64,000 nt of DNA from NCBI GenBank assembly GCA_951406725.2, contig OX597817.1, forward strand, positions 68,882,001 through 68,946,000. The letters are read 5' to 3'. The translations under genes were made by a program, and so were the position numbers. The stretch comes from Octopus vulgaris (Eukaryota). The notes below the pieces were generated by a model, which did not search any database, was not told the DNA's origin, and worked only from the letters and a program-made list of their open reading frames with translations. Positions 26,246-40,130 of this stretch are shown in pieces. Position 1 is the first letter of the stretch, and each line of letters begins with the position of its first letter.

Positions 26246-26436
26246 CAGGGGTCCCCAAACTTTTTAGATCATCAACCCCCTTCATGGAATCCTTAACCTC
26301 CTCATCAACCCCCAGGCATGTACAAGAAAATAAATAAATAATAATAATTAACTAGATGTACATTTATTGACCCCTTGAATAGTCCCATCGATCCCCGCTC
26401 CCCAGGGGTCGATATCGACCACTTTAGAGACTCCTG
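26246..26436. mobile_element. hAT-type MITE
   Basis: TIRs CAGGGGTCCCCAAA and TTTAGAGACTCCTG. Diverged 8-bp TSD CTTCAATA / CTTTAATG. Confidence 0.8.
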
Positions 26437-27578
26437 CTTTAATGCATTATAACTGAAAGGCACCAATTTCTGGTACCCAGAGTTGTTCATTTCCTGACCA
26501 TCAGTTTGTAAATAGCTTGGTTTTCTTTTGAATATCCACTGTCTGAATATTTTTGGAAATATGAAATGAATGTCTGAAGGAAATGCTTATCCTTATGTCC
26601 TTTCATTTCAAATCCTTTGTGAATGATGCATGCAAAAACAGCTGCTTTGAGCTCAAGTATCTGATTTCACTTCTGGTTCTTGTTGTAGTGTTATAATAAA
26701 TATCATAAATTCTATACAAGCAAAGACATGAAATTGGGTTGCTATTTAAGCACTGTTCCAAACTAATGCTTTTAATTAATCCTTTTAATAACCCACATAT
26801 ACACTCATTGTTTTTAAAAGCATTAATTAAACATATTAATTAAAAGTATTATTTTGAAACATTGTTTAAACAGAAATGCAATTTCATGACTTTAATTTGT
26901 ATGGAGTTCATGGCATTTTCATAATAATATCATCAATAGAAACAGAAATGAAAACTAAAAGCGTGAGCTTGAAGCAACCATTTTCACATGTGTCATTGAC
27001 AAAGGTTTTAAATTAAAGAACATACAGTCGATGATTATTGAAAAGGTTGCAAGGCACAACGAAAATTTTAGTAAAAATAAATAAGTAAATGAGTGCAAAT
27101 CGGACCAGTGAGTGTGTTAAATTAATAAGACACTAAAAGAGAATGACTCTCCCCCAGACAAAATAAGGATAAGCATTTTCTTTAAACTTTCATTTTATAT
27201 TTCAAAAAATATTCAGACAGTGAATATTCAAAAGCAAACCAGGCTCAGTTTACAAGCTGATGGTTGGAAATGAACTTCTCAGAATACTAGAAATCGAGGC
27301 CTTTCTGTTATAATAAGTATGTGTGTGTGTACAGACAGTAGAGCTTGGTGTAGTCCTCTGGCTTGCCAACAGCTATCAAACTGCCCAATCTAAGCCAGCA
27401 TGGAAGACGAGCATTAAATGATAATGATGGAGATGATATATAGAATGATAGATGGATAGATAGATGGATAGATAGATAGACAGGGAGACAAACAGATGGA
27501 TAGATATGTACATGTAACCATACATATACGTAGATATATATATGTATATGTAACTATACATATATAGCTCATTATATA

Positions 27579-28093
27579 TCTATATATATAAAACTGTAGT
27601 TGTGTGAGTGTCTGTCTCCTACGATTTAGATTCCTAACTCCTCCCACGTTTTGCGGTGCAGTTTAACCAAATTCGGGTATCTTATAGTCGTGATTAATAT
27701 CGAGCCCGTCTGGCTATTAGCGCGCGTCTACGATGAGTCTACGATTTTAAAAATAATTTAACATAATTTTTTATTCCATTTTAATGCATAATTTTTCGTG
27801 TGCCGATGGCGGCGGAGTTGGCATCTCCATGGTCACACCTGCACCTGTTTGCTTCTCCCCCTTCTTCCCTCCCTCGTGAAGCTGTGGGGAAGGGAGTTTA
27901 AGGAAATCAACATCGTAAAACGTTGTCAAGGAGACCAGCGTTCTTTTAGAACAACGACTTCATGGCTTGAAGACACCAAAACAGAAATGGCTAAGAAAGC
28001 CCGAATTGGCATCTATAAGGGAAGTAACTCTCTAAAAATGCTTATATAGTTATTTCCCTTACAAACCCGAGCAATGCCGGGCGATACTGCTAG
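27579..28093 (+). mobile_element. Non-autonomous Helitron, copy 3
   Basis: TCTATATATATAAAACTGTAG...CCCGAGCAATGCCGGGCGATACTGCTAG; A|T insertion site within TA repeats. Confidence 0.9.
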
Positions 28094-28109
28094 TATATAT
28101 ATATACAGA

Positions 28110-28452
28110 GAGAAATTGTAGTTGTGATACCTGTGCCAGTGGCACGTAAAAAGCACCATCCGAACATGTCCAAGGCCAGCATCACCTTGAATGGCTTCCA
28201 TGCTGGTGGCATGTAAAAAGCACCAACTGACTGTGGCCACTGCCAGCCTCCCCTGGCACCTGTGCCAGTGGCACGTAAAAAGCACCCACTACACTAACGG
28301 AGTGGTTGGCATTAGGAAGGGCATCCAGCTGTAGAAACACTGCCAGATCAGACTGGAGCCTGGTGTAGCCTAGTGGCTTCCCAGACACCGGTCGAACCGT
28401 CCAACCCATGCTAGTATGGAAAACGGACGTTAAACGATGATGATGATGATGA
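28110..28452 (+). mobile_element. RTE 3' UTR/tail fragment
   Basis: Three GGCA(C/T)GTAAAAAGCACC units, then a tail closely matching the reverse complement of 16288-16480; (GAT)n end. Confidence 0.9.
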
Positions 28453-29552
28453 TATATATGTGTGTGTGTGTATATATATATATATATACATACACATGCA
28501 TATGCACACACACTTATAGACATGTATACATACATATTTGAGTTTCATTTCCATGCAGAAGCAGACACAAGTATATACACACATCATGAATGCAAATATA
28601 TAGAGATCCAATAAAACGTTTGTTTGTCTTATTTTTGTTTTTGTTAAGAACACTAATTTCAAGTGATTATATATATTCTCCAAATATAAAAATCTATCTC
28701 TTTCTTCACAGCTATTGGACTTCCAAAACAACTTTCATTGATTTCTCAAAGAATCCACCAATATTTATTCTATAAGACTTTTGGCTTCAGATTCCTTCTT
28801 CTAGTTCAGTAACTGCATATAAGACAATATCTAATATTTGTACATTAAATTCATTGAAATATTTCTCTTATACAAATCTTCCAAAACCAATTGCAGAGTA
28901 TTCAGGGACTCAAATGTTTGTCATATATCACTTCTAAATAAATTTACACTCACTGAAAACTATATGATATTATTGTTATCATTATTTTTATTATTATTAT
29001 TATTTTAATACCTCCTAATATTTAATCCAATTTTCAGAGAAATGTAATTATTTCCAGGTTCGATGTTATAGCTGTGCGAAATGTTTGCCTCCTTGAAGTT
29101 TGAAATTAAGTTAGAGAAAATTATCCAAAAATGACTTGTAACAAAGTGAGAAAATAAAAAAAAAACTAAAAACATAAAAAAAACCAAAACAGGGGTTTCA
29201 TGAAGACAAAAAAGCAAAATAAAACAAGAAAAATTGGAGTAAAATCAAATGAAACAGGATAGAGAAAATGAAAACGGAAATAAAATATAAAGAAATATTA
29301 AAACGGCATCAAAATAAATCTATATTTTAAGAGTTTTAATTGGAATAAAGTCGAGATTTAAGAGGAAATCAATGTTGTCTTTTTACAATCTTTGTGAAAA
29401 TTATGATGTTAAAGGGAAACCTAAAGTGTATCATAAAGAGGAAGGAAAGCATATATGTAATACATACAAATAATAATATAAGTGTGTGGGTGTTTGAGTG
29501 TGTATGTGTGCATGTATGTATATGTATGTATAAATATAAATACATATAGGCA

Positions 29553-29635
<83 letters not shown>

Positions 29636-30067
29636 TATGTGTGTATGTGTATGCATATTACATATACTATAAGTAATGTATATGTGTGTGGGCGTGTGTG
29701 GCCATCTTTGAAATTGAGAGTCCCTGACTGGTGTGGTTTGGGAAACAACATTGAATGCAGAATACATAGAAAGAATGGAGTATACACAAGCTCTTATACA
29801 ACATCATAATATTTGGCAATGGCAACAGCAAGTACAGTGATCTTCCTTTTTTAAGACTGTAGGATGTGATTTAAAAGTGATGTGGCTGCTGCTTCTAGCA
29901 GTTCAAGCAATGATGTAAAGGCTTTGTACAATGGCAAAAATGTGATACACATAGATATTTTTTTTCCACTCCTGAAGATCATCCTGGTGAATGAATCTCT
30001 GTTGCTAATGATGGGTGAATTCTTCAAAGTAATGTCATCATGTGATTTTACTACACAGCCACAGTAT

Positions 30068-31080
30068 ATCATCACTATTTAACGTCTGCTGTCCATGCTA
30101 GCATGGGTTGGACGATTTGACCAGAGTTGGCAAGTGGGAAAGCTGCACCAGGCTCCAGTCTGATTTGGCATAGTTTCTGCGGATGAATGCTCTTTCTAAT
30201 GTCAACCGCTTTACAGAATGCGCTGAGTGCTTTTACACGGCACCAGTACAGGACCCTTGCAGGCCAATACTCTTCACCAGGGGCAGTGTGTGGAGGCACA
30301 TGGCCTACTGGTTAGAGCAGTGGACTCGTGGTCGAGGGATCGTGGGTTCGAATCTCAGACCAGGCAATGTGTGTGTTTATGAGCGAAACACCTAAGCTCC
30401 ACGCGGCTCCAGCAGAAGGTAATGGCCAACTTCTGCTGATGCTTTCACCACAACATTTTCTCACTCTTTCTTCCTGCATCTTGCAGCTCACCTGCGATGG
30501 ACCAGCGTCCCATCCAGGTGGGGAACCTATACACCAAGAAAACCGGGAAACCGGCCCTTATTAGCCAGACATGGCTCGAGAAGGAATAAACAACCAGGGG
30601 CAGTGGCCTTAACACTTCTGCTGTGAAGTATGAGTCTTCTTGAGTACAGCAAGGTGCCAAATATCTCAGTCCTTTGTCAGCATCCTGAGCTCATCCTTCA
30701 GTACTTCATCCCATGTCTTCTTGGGTTTCCCTCTTCCATGTGTTTCATCTACTTTAAGAGATCAGCATTTCTTTATGGAGTTGTTGGCATCTATTTGCAT
30801 CACGTGACCGAACTAGCATAATCTTCTCTCTTTCACAATGCATCCGGTTTCTCTTACACTTCTCTCTCAATACAAGAGGACTTTGTTGAACACAAACACT
30901 TACTCTACACGCTAGCCTCGTTCCTCTCTAACCTTCATATGTCCTCTGTATTCAGGGCCCATGTCTCACTGCCATGTAGAATTTCTGTCATGTATGTGCA
31001 TTGTACAATCTTCCTCTCACTTGGAGAAAGAAAACTTTCATAGTCAACAGAGGTAAAAGCTCACTGAATTTTCTCCATGT
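30068..31080 (-). mobile_element. Decayed RTE LINE 3' portion with a SINE inserted in its UTR
   Basis: Tail TTTAACGTCTGCTGTCCATGCTAGCATGGGTTGG at 30078. 30640-31080 is colinear with 16690-17160 (e.g. CATCCCATGTCTTCTTGGGT, CCCATGTCTCACTGCCATG). Confidence 0.8.
30289..30592 (+). mobile_element. SINE family C (body beta + tail X)
   Basis: tRNA head with GGGTTCGAATCTC. Perfect 13-bp TSD ACCAGGGGCAGTG (30276-30288, 30593-30605). Confidence 0.92.
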
Positions 31081-32236
31081 ATTTTGTTGTGGAAGACAAT
31101 ATCTAGAAGAGTTTCAATCAAACTAACTTAGCTTTTCAGAGGTGTATTTGCCAGGCAAGTGATTTGATGTGAGGTGTGAGTTGAAACTAAAATTACTGTA
31201 GCATAGAAGACACATGAGATCCATTGAAAAACACAGTAAGCCAATTAACTTCACTTGACACTCGCATGTAGATTACTCTGTCAAATGTAATGCTTACTTA
31301 TTCAGATGGTTTTGAATTAATTGTTCACTATCTTGTAGCCTGGAGATTTTGATGATCTTACTGTTTATTTTTAGACTGGCATTGTAGTGTAGTTGTGAGA
31401 GGTTGGATTTGACTTGTCTTAAACATGAAACAGTTAGGATATTTTGGCAGGATATGACCAATTTAAATACTAAATAATTAAGCATTTATTACTTGTGATT
31501 TGGTGTCAAAACTTTCATCACATGAACTGCAACCTGATCACTGACAAAATTGTTTGGTAACAAATAATTGTTTCAGTGAAGTTGACAGTTTTTGCGTGTT
31601 TTTTTGAATGACTAACTTAGCTTTCACAACTACTAAGTGTAAAAGATCAATAATTTACAATATGAAATTAACAAAGCCATAGGCAATGCTCTGTTTAGCG
31701 GGTAAAAGATTTTAATTTGCAGATGTCAATGTTCATGTCCAATGTTCTATGAAAATATATCTAGCCAGGGGAAATATTTACCTTACCTGGAAACAGGTAA
31801 GGGTTGACGATAAGCTTACACAAGCATGTGGAATTAGATGTTATAATGATGAGGTAGAGGAGGGGAGGAGGATGACATCAATGATGATGACAACTACAAT
31901 GTCAAGGCGGAACACTATCACACATCTTAATTTTAATTACATTTTTATAATTAAATCTTGATTCAGCTTTTTTAACTGGAAAAGACCAAAGAAAATGCAA
32001 GAAGTAGCATGTGTTTCATTTCTAGAACACCAATGTAGATGACGAAGGACCATGACATGCATTAAGTAAATTTATAGGTACATATGGGTCTAACCCATGG
32101 TAGATTTGTTCATCAACTGATTTAACACTGCTGCTTGATACACTGGGAGCCTGTAGTTGTCCTCTACTCTACTGCAAGTATTTAAGTCATATCTCTGATA
32201 TCACCTAAAAGATAACTTCACCAGTTACCTTTCATA

Positions 32237-32625
32237 GGCATAGGAGTGGTTGTGTGGTAAGTAGCTTGCTTACCAACTACATAGTTCCGGGTTCAGTCCC
32301 ATTGCATGGCATCTTGGGCAAGTGTCATCTACTATGGCCTCAGGCCGACCAAAGCCTTGTGAGTGGTAGATGGTAACTGAAAGAAGCCCATCGTATATAA
32401 GTATATATATGTGCGTGTATATGTTTGTGTGTCTGTGTTTGTCCCCCCAACATCGCTCAACAACCGATGTTGGTGTCTTTACGTCCCTGTAACTTAGTGG
32501 TTCGGCAAAAGAGACTGATAGAATAAGTACTAGGTTTATAAAGAATAAGTCCTGGGGTTGATTTGCTCGACTAAAGGCGGTGTTCCAGCATGGCCACAGT
32601 TGAATTACTGAAACAAGTAAAAGAG
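32237..32625 (+). mobile_element. SINE family A, full length
   Basis: GGCATAGGAGTGGTTGTGTGGTAAG...GGGTTCAGTCCC...CTTGGGCAAGTGTC (resembles the CORE domain)...internal TA/TG...CTGAAACAAGTAAAAGAG. Confidence 0.92.
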
Positions 32626-32850
32626 TTGTTTCTCACCTGCCTAAGTGACACTGAAGGAGATAATGGAGATGATGATGATGATGACAATGATGGTTACGAT
32701 GGTGATGGCAACAGTGACAATGACAATGACTCAACAATGGTGATGATGACATTGATGGTGGTCGTGGTTATGATGTGGAAAATGATGATGGTGAAAACAA
32801 CAACAATGATGATGATGATGATGGTGGGGTGGTGGTGGTATTGATGACGA

Positions 32851-33099
32851 AGGCGGCGAGCTGGCAAAGGCGGCGAGCTGGCAGAAACGTTAGCGCGCCG
32901 GGCGAAATGCTTAGCGGTATTTCGTCTGCCGTTAAGTTCTGAGTTCAAATTCCGCCGAGGTCGACTTTGCCTTTCATCCTTTCGGGGTCGATAAATTAAG
33001 TACCAGTTATGCACTGGGGTCGATGTAATTGACTTAATACCTATGTCTGTCCTTGTTTGTCCCCTCTGTGTTTAGCCCCTTGTGGGTAATAAAGAAATA
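32851..33099 (+). mobile_element. SINE family B, young copy with duplicated 5' 17-mer
   Basis: AGGCGGCGAGCTGGCA occurs twice; CpG-rich. Perfect 14-bp TSD GGTATTGATGACGA (32837-32850, 33100-33113) within a (GAT)n low-complexity tract. Confidence 0.93.
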
Positions 33100-33607
33100 G
33101 GTATTGATGACGATGACTATTGTGATGATGATGATAGTCATGGTGATGTTATGACAATGATGATGATGATGATATACTAAATTATGGTTTGGTTCATAAT
33201 TAAATTTCGATTAATGTTTGAATTTCGCATTCTGGATCTTTTGTTTTTTTTTTTTTGTTTTTTAATTTAGAATTTAATATCAGCAAAGCAGTTTATATTG
33301 AAGAAAACAGGTTGACATTTGTTTATAAAACTATGCCCGTTTGAAATTTTGAATGACCAAAAAAATCAGAAGTCAATCAAAATTCCCATCAGATGTGGAT
33401 GAGTGTATGGTGAAGAAGCTTGCTTCAGGTGTATGAGTGTGTTTGCATATGTTGTTATCTTCTGTAGTTTTCATCAACCTAATTATTCTCACATGTAAGG
33501 GAATCTGAGCCTGTATTAGAAGACACCTGCATAAGATGTCACACAACATTCAGTCTTAAAATGGTAGATGGGATCTGTGTAGGAGGCCATAAGAAACACA
33601 CACATGT

Positions 33608-34140
33608 AGATGCAGATGTGGTTGTGTGGTAAGACACTTGCTTTCTAACTACATGGTTTTCAGTTCAGTCCCACTGCAGGGCATCTTGGGCAAGTGTCTT
33701 CTACTACAACCTTGGGCTGACACTTGCCCAAGATGCCAGACACAGACACACAGATATAAATAAATAAATATATATGTACATATATATAATAATGATAATA
33801 ATGGAGATGATGATGATGATGATGACAATGATTAAAAATTTTTAAAAATTTTAAAAATTAAAAAAAATTTTTTTTTTAGTTTTTAAAAAATTATATTGTT
33901 ATTTATATCTGTGTGTCTGTGCCTGTGTTTGTCCCCCCACCATCGCTTGACAACCAATGTTAGTGTGTTTGCGTCCCTGTAACTTAGCAGTTCAGCAAAA
34001 GAGACTGATAGAATAAGTACTAGGCTTACAAAGAATAAGTCCTGGGGGTCGATTTGTTCAACTAAAACCCTTTAAGGTGGTGCTCCAGCATGGCCATAGC
34101 CAAATGACTGAAACAAATAAAAGAATAAAAGAAAAAGAAT
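33608..34140 (+). mobile_element. SINE family A with rearranged interior
   Basis: Head and 3' half are intact; 33719-33898 is replaced by inverted and templated segments. Confidence 0.85.
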
Positions 34141-34194
34141 ACATGTATGCACACACACACACATTTTATATACTATTATATCAAAAGGATCAAA

Positions 34195-34360
34195 GTCCCT
34201 TCCCAAGCCATCAGCTCATGAGAATGTTTTCCTAAATTTTATGGTGTATATATTTCCCCACTGGATGGGATGTCGGTCCATTACAGAATTACTCACATTT
34301 GCCAGCTGAGTGGGCTGGAGCAATGTGAAATGAAGTGCTTTGCTCAAGAACACCATGCAT
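34195..34360 (-). mobile_element. SINE family C (alpha + X), 5'-truncated
   Basis: Colinear with 917-1090. Confidence 0.8.
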
Positions 34361-34989
34361 ATAATTATAAATAATTATAATAATTTATTATTATTTATAA
34401 TAATAAATAATAAATTTATTATTATTCTTTAACAAGATTATTATTGACAAGGAATTTGAAATTTTGACCAGCTAAGCCACCGTCGGATTGTGATGCATTA
34501 TTTTAACTGGACAGAGACAATATAGAGCCAAGATTAACTTCAATGCACCACAGTCTCATGATGATGGTTTAGCAGGCCAAAACTTTGAAGTCACTGTCAA
34601 TAATATTTGTGTTTAAGAATAGTAAATTTGTACTCTGTGAAATTATAGAGTAAGCCATCAAATTAATGTAAAATTGTTTTTATTATAATTCAACATAAAA
34701 ACAAACATTAATATAACAGCTCTGTTCCAATGTGAGTGCTTTCATAACATTAACTGAAAAACAGGAAACCTGATATCAGCATCAATGAACTGACCATCAT
34801 CATCATCATTATTTAATGTCTGTTTTCTATGCTGGCATGGGTTGGGTAGTTTGACAGGTGGTGGCCAGCTGAATAACTGCCCAGGCTTCATGTCTGTTTT
34901 GGCATGGTTTCTATGGTTGGATGCCCTTGGTTGCCCAAACAATTGTTTCACTCTGTGCTAAATGAAAGAAAGTGCATATGAGTAGAGCA

Positions 34990-35330
34990 AAGTAAGCAGT
35001 TGAAAATATATTTAAGGGAAATCTAAAAGCTTTGGCATCACCATGCCTGGGTGGGGGTCACAGGCAAAGAGCCAACATAGTGGAGAAGGGTCATCTACGA
35101 TGAAACTCACTGCTTTGACACAGTATGAATTACAGATTTCAATGAGTGTAAAATCTAAGCAGTGCAAAGTAACCAACATGACATCTCTACCCTCATGGGA
35201 AAACATATGTCTGATCTGCAAACAAATTTGTAGGCTTCTCATTGGCCAGCATAATCACATGCAAATCCACAGAAATTCAGTCTAGCAGACAATTGTCCTT
35301 GACCTCCAAGGAATTGCCAGTAAGGACACT
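34990..35330 (+). pseudogene. Old BovB-like RTE 3' end
   Basis: ENICLICKQICRLLIGQHNHMQIH is a C2H2 finger like that at 9067-9270. It is followed by the short stem-loop TCCTTGACCTCCAAGGA. Confidence 0.6.
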
Positions 35331-37304
35331 AGATCTGGACTAAACTGAGACTAAACAACAAAAATATCTTTCATTTATTTCATCATTCAGGTTTTGATAA
35401 AATTTTCCAAGTCTGTTTTCTGTTTGCATTTTATAATCTTTCTTGCAATTCAGCGAATCAATGTACAATAACTTTTATTGGCTTCTGCAGTACTGTGGTC
35501 TATGATTCCTATTGCAATTGTTTTAACAATGACAGTTGTGGTCGAAGGGGATATAACCATGTAAGAATCTGAGCTCCATAACCAATGAAGACAACTGAAG
35601 ACAATTGGATAGAAACATTGAAAAACTTAGGGACTTACTTAAAACTGATAAGTTTTTAGTCTAATTCTACTACTGCGCTTTGGTGGGTTTCTTTTATTTA
35701 TTGTTCTTGTTGTGGTATATTGTTTTCATTTTCAGTTGGTGAAATATGAACATCACTCATTTTATCTTCAGCTTCAAAAATTTCATAACTATCAACTAAT
35801 TTTAAATTGCATATGAGATATATTTCATCAAGTTCTCATTCATCCTCATCAGAATATTTTAATTCCACAATACTTCTGCAATTGTGAATATTCTATGTCT
35901 TTGCCTTCCCACTCCAGACATAACTAATTGTGGTGGGTTTCACGTCATGGTAAAATAGAAATAAATTTAATTTAAAAAGCAAATTTAAATGAACACTTTA
36001 TCTTCAAGCAGACATTGTAAACAAACTAATACCAAATTGGCAACAAATCTTTGTTTTCATTGACTGATTAAATTTTAGTTTGACCTAGTTTTAATATGGG
36101 GTTTCTCCATTCCTGTTATGCTGCTAATTTAGCAGATGTCACATCTGAAATTCCTGATATACTTGGAATACAGCCTGCCAGGGTTAAAAATGTACTATAA
36201 TGCATAGTCTTACAATTGTATTGATTATGAAGAACAAACAGGAAACCAGTTATTGCACTGATTATAAAAGAAAATCCAAAAATATATTTCATTTCTGGTA
36301 AATTTATCTCAGATGTGAACATGCTTAAGACACAAGAATGAAGAGAAAGATTTAAACATATGCTCTGCAGCAGTTCCCATTAAAATAAAATAGCTTACAG
36401 AAGATATAATTTGGAACAGAATATATTTGTGATCCAAAAGATAGGATTGTCATATGCATGAGAGGCATTACAATAAATCACACTGAAGACAAAAGAAAGA
36501 AAAGTTCTTTGATTTAAGCAAATCAAGAAAAAGAATTGCCTTCAGTCTCACAAAATTTACAAATGATCATATTTATGAAACAGAAGAAGAGGGCAGGAGA
36601 ATTACAAAGTTTGTTCGCTTGGTTTATTCCAGCTTTAGTAATATAGAAAGAAGAAAACTGTAGAAGGAATAAAAACAAAGATGCAGGAAGATCAGTTTTA
36701 AACCCCCCTATTATTAGACTAAACCATTATACCATTACCAAACTGGATAATAAATAAAATACAACACGTTCTGACTGCAACTTTGTATCTGAAGAAACCA
36801 AATACTGCTCAACAGAACACACAGCTTGCTTACAGATCAGTCCAAAAGCATAGTGTATCCAGCATGTTTATGGTGGAGGTTGATTCAAAATATTCTCTCA
36901 ATCATCTATGTCTTATAGATGAGAAAAGCCAGCTGGTACAATGAAATAAGTATTATGTAAAATGGAAGCATTGCATTTTTTGTGTCTCTGTCTAATCTCT
37001 CTCTTTCAATCTTCTTTCCATTCTCACTCTAACTGTTTCTCCTCTCTTTTTCTACAATCTCCCTTGCTCACACATACATGTACACATGCAAGTTTACATG
37101 CAGCCTGATAAACTTTTGCACACGCCATTAAAGTAGTTGCAAATTCTATTCATAGGTCACAATATCATTAATACAAATGCACAAATGCTATTAACAACTG
37201 AGCTATTCTGAATTAGTGTGTTGGAAAATGCAGTAAGGTGTATCCTATTTTTAAAACAACACACATACGCATAATCATATAAATATATATATATTTACAT
37301 ATAC

Positions 37305-37365
<61 letters not shown>

Positions 37366-37669
37366 AGCTTGTGCATGTGTGTGTCATATACACACAAACA
37401 TACATACATATGTATATTTATATACATATATGTAAATACAAATATAGATATACCCATATATATATATATATATATATCATTTAACATCCACCTTTCAAGC
37501 TAGCATGGGTGGGATATATATATAAACATAAACATATACATGCATATAAAGATACACGCATACACACACACACATGTATATGCATGAATTTATTCGTACA
37601 TATGTGTGTGTTTGTGCATGAGAGTATAAAAGCCTGTCTCTATGTGTATATTTTTGTGTGTGTATGTAT

Positions 37670-37715
<46 letters not shown>

Positions 37716-37837
37716 TCACACATACACATATACATATGTGTATATACATATGCACACACTAACACACAACGAAAATGCTCAGAAATATACTCACACGAAG
37801 ACTAAGCCCATAAAAACAACAACAACCATATATGTGC

Positions 37838-37889
<52 letters not shown>

Positions 37890-39879
37890 ATGTAAAAATA
37901 TATATAAAATGGCAAACTAAAAAAAGAGCAAAAAACAGCAACAACAACAAATAAACAAGAACAGCAGCAAATAACAAAGCAATCATTAATTTTAGATTGG
38001 AATCAGTTTATTTTGTAGTCCTGTAATTCAATAATACTGATGCCAAATTTGCTGAAGCTGGTTAAAACAAGCTATTTCAACTGTGGTTACACTTAGTCAG
38101 ATATGCTGCAGACAGTTTCCATTAAAAATGTATTCTTATTTCTCTAGTAACTGTATTAAATTCCACCATGTTGAATATTACACTTTAGCAACTTTATTGA
38201 AAATCCGATTCTTTTCCTCCAAGTTCTTTAAAAGTGCCATGGGCGTTGTATTTGCAAGAGATAGAAATGACAAAATTTGTATTTTTTTCTTTCTTTCTTT
38301 CTTTCATCCTTTTTTTTTTTTTTTTTCAGAAAGGGGTGGTTGTGTTTGTTGCTTTTCAGTTTGCTAGTTTGTTTTGTACTGAATGTGAATGAAACAGCTT
38401 CAATTGTTTCGATATGCATATCTACAAGCTCCTTGCAATGTAATTGTTTGCATGTTTGCCAGGAAATCAAAAAATATGTCGAACAACATATATCTCCATA
38501 GGCTTGCTTTTAATTTCTATTCGCAAATTGTTTACAAACTCTTTTTTCCATTTTTTTTTATTGTGGGATTGAAGTAAGGAGATGGGGTGGGGAGGAGATT
38601 TAATAGCTTATTTTAAAAGGTGGGAAAGCAGTTATCCCAATCTTTCTTCAGGATGTCCAAAACTTATGGGGTAAAAGGAGCAGGAAACCATATCTCACTG
38701 GTTATTTCACATCAAAGACCCCAGTCATAAGCTCGCTAGAGAGGAGCATTGTGAAAGGCATGTAAGAACCAGATAGTAATGCTAAACTCAACAACCAATT
38801 AAAAACATTATCTTTATACCATTTACTTCTTTCAGTCATGAGTGAGGCCATGCTGGGGCACTACCTTGAAGAATTTTAGTTGAACAAATTAACCCCAGTG
38901 CCTCCTCCACCACTCCCCATGATTAAACCACAAAAAGAAAAAATATATATTCCAAGAATGAAGTGTAATGTCCATGACATTTGTAGAATCTCCAAGACTA
39001 GTAAGCAAAAGGCTGGAAAAAACTATAACTATTGAGTAACTGATAATTCCTGTTAATTTTTTTACCCAATTCTCATTTTCCTAATTAGGAAATAAACCTT
39101 TGATAATTTGATACCATTCAGTTTTGTCCTTGGCAACTCTCTATGTCTCACTCAGATCTATTTCTCTCATCTCACCTTGTTTTATTCTGCACTAAGTGTT
39201 CTTTAGTCATAAAGGTTTTCACTTCTCCAGTCATGTCCAAATTAATGCAGCCTCACATATCCTGGCCCAGTCCATTCTGCATGGGTAGCATAACCAACTG
39301 ATTCAATAGTATTTCATTTTTATGTCCACATAATTGCAATCAGTGTTTAAGTAACACTCACCATTTGGACTACATAGGATCATAAACACCACCACAGAAA
39401 GCATTGGTTCCCATTCACAGCTCCTTTCACTGCTCACCTGAATTTTTATGGAAATTTTGAAATTTTTACAACATTTTAAAAATCCCCGTCAGAAGCCAAT
39501 TGGAAATGGTATCAGTAAAGGGACATGATAGCAAATATAGCTGCCTCTCAAAACTATAATCCTAGGGTCCAACTGCTTGAGAGCTATTAGTACCTATACA
39601 CTCTAAGAAGCCAAACAGTGACATTGCATAATGGATTGTGCAGTAGGAAGTGCCACATCATAATATGAAACCATTATTCACACAGGAGGTGTGGGTCAAA
39701 TGTTAGTCAGAGAGTAGATACCATAAAAAGGTATTCAAGGGTCAGAGGATGGTGTTAAACGGAGCAATTGATTCAGTCAAGTACTCACACACAATATCAT
39801 CATCATTGCTTTTACATCTATTTTGTCCAAACTAATGATGGCTCAATAATAATTCCATTCTTTTCACCTCTAGGTACAT

Positions 39880-40032
39880 GGCCCAAAGTTTTGGGGGAGG
39901 GGGTGGCAGTCGATTAGATAGACCCCAGCATGCAAATGGTACTTTATCAACCCCCAAAACGAAGAAAGGCAAAGTCGACCTCGGCAGAATTTGAACTCTG
40001 TAAAGACAGAAGAAATACCACTAAGCATTCCA
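39880..40032 (-). mobile_element. SINE family B fragment
   Basis: AAAGGCAAAGTCGACCTCGGCAGAATTTGAACTC is the reverse complement of the family B core. Confidence 0.8.
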
Positions 40033-40078
40033 TTTCATATATTGACATAATGTACATGCGTGTGAGTGTGTGTGTGTG

Positions 40079-40130
<52 letters not shown>

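Noticed and set aside
28130-28290. Repeat-spacer pattern resembling a CRISPR array
   Set aside because: Eukaryotic LINE 3' UTR; spacers are related to each other, repeats are degenerate and there are no cas genes.
29851-30082. Two overlapping normal-looking ORFs as a candidate host exon
   Set aside because: Part of the sequence matches a dispersed repeat (TGCTAGAA..GCAGCCA.ATC..AAATCAC) also seen near 6735, 14295 and 48560; no recognisable protein.
32590-32844. Asp/Met-rich ORF (similar cases at 13554, 50901 and 63350)
   Set aside because: Degenerate (GAT)/(CAC) low-complexity tracts with no domain and no splice support.
39100-39780. Possible highly decayed CR1/L2-type LINE 3' region
   Set aside because: Only a faint resemblance; I could not recover unambiguous motifs by eye.
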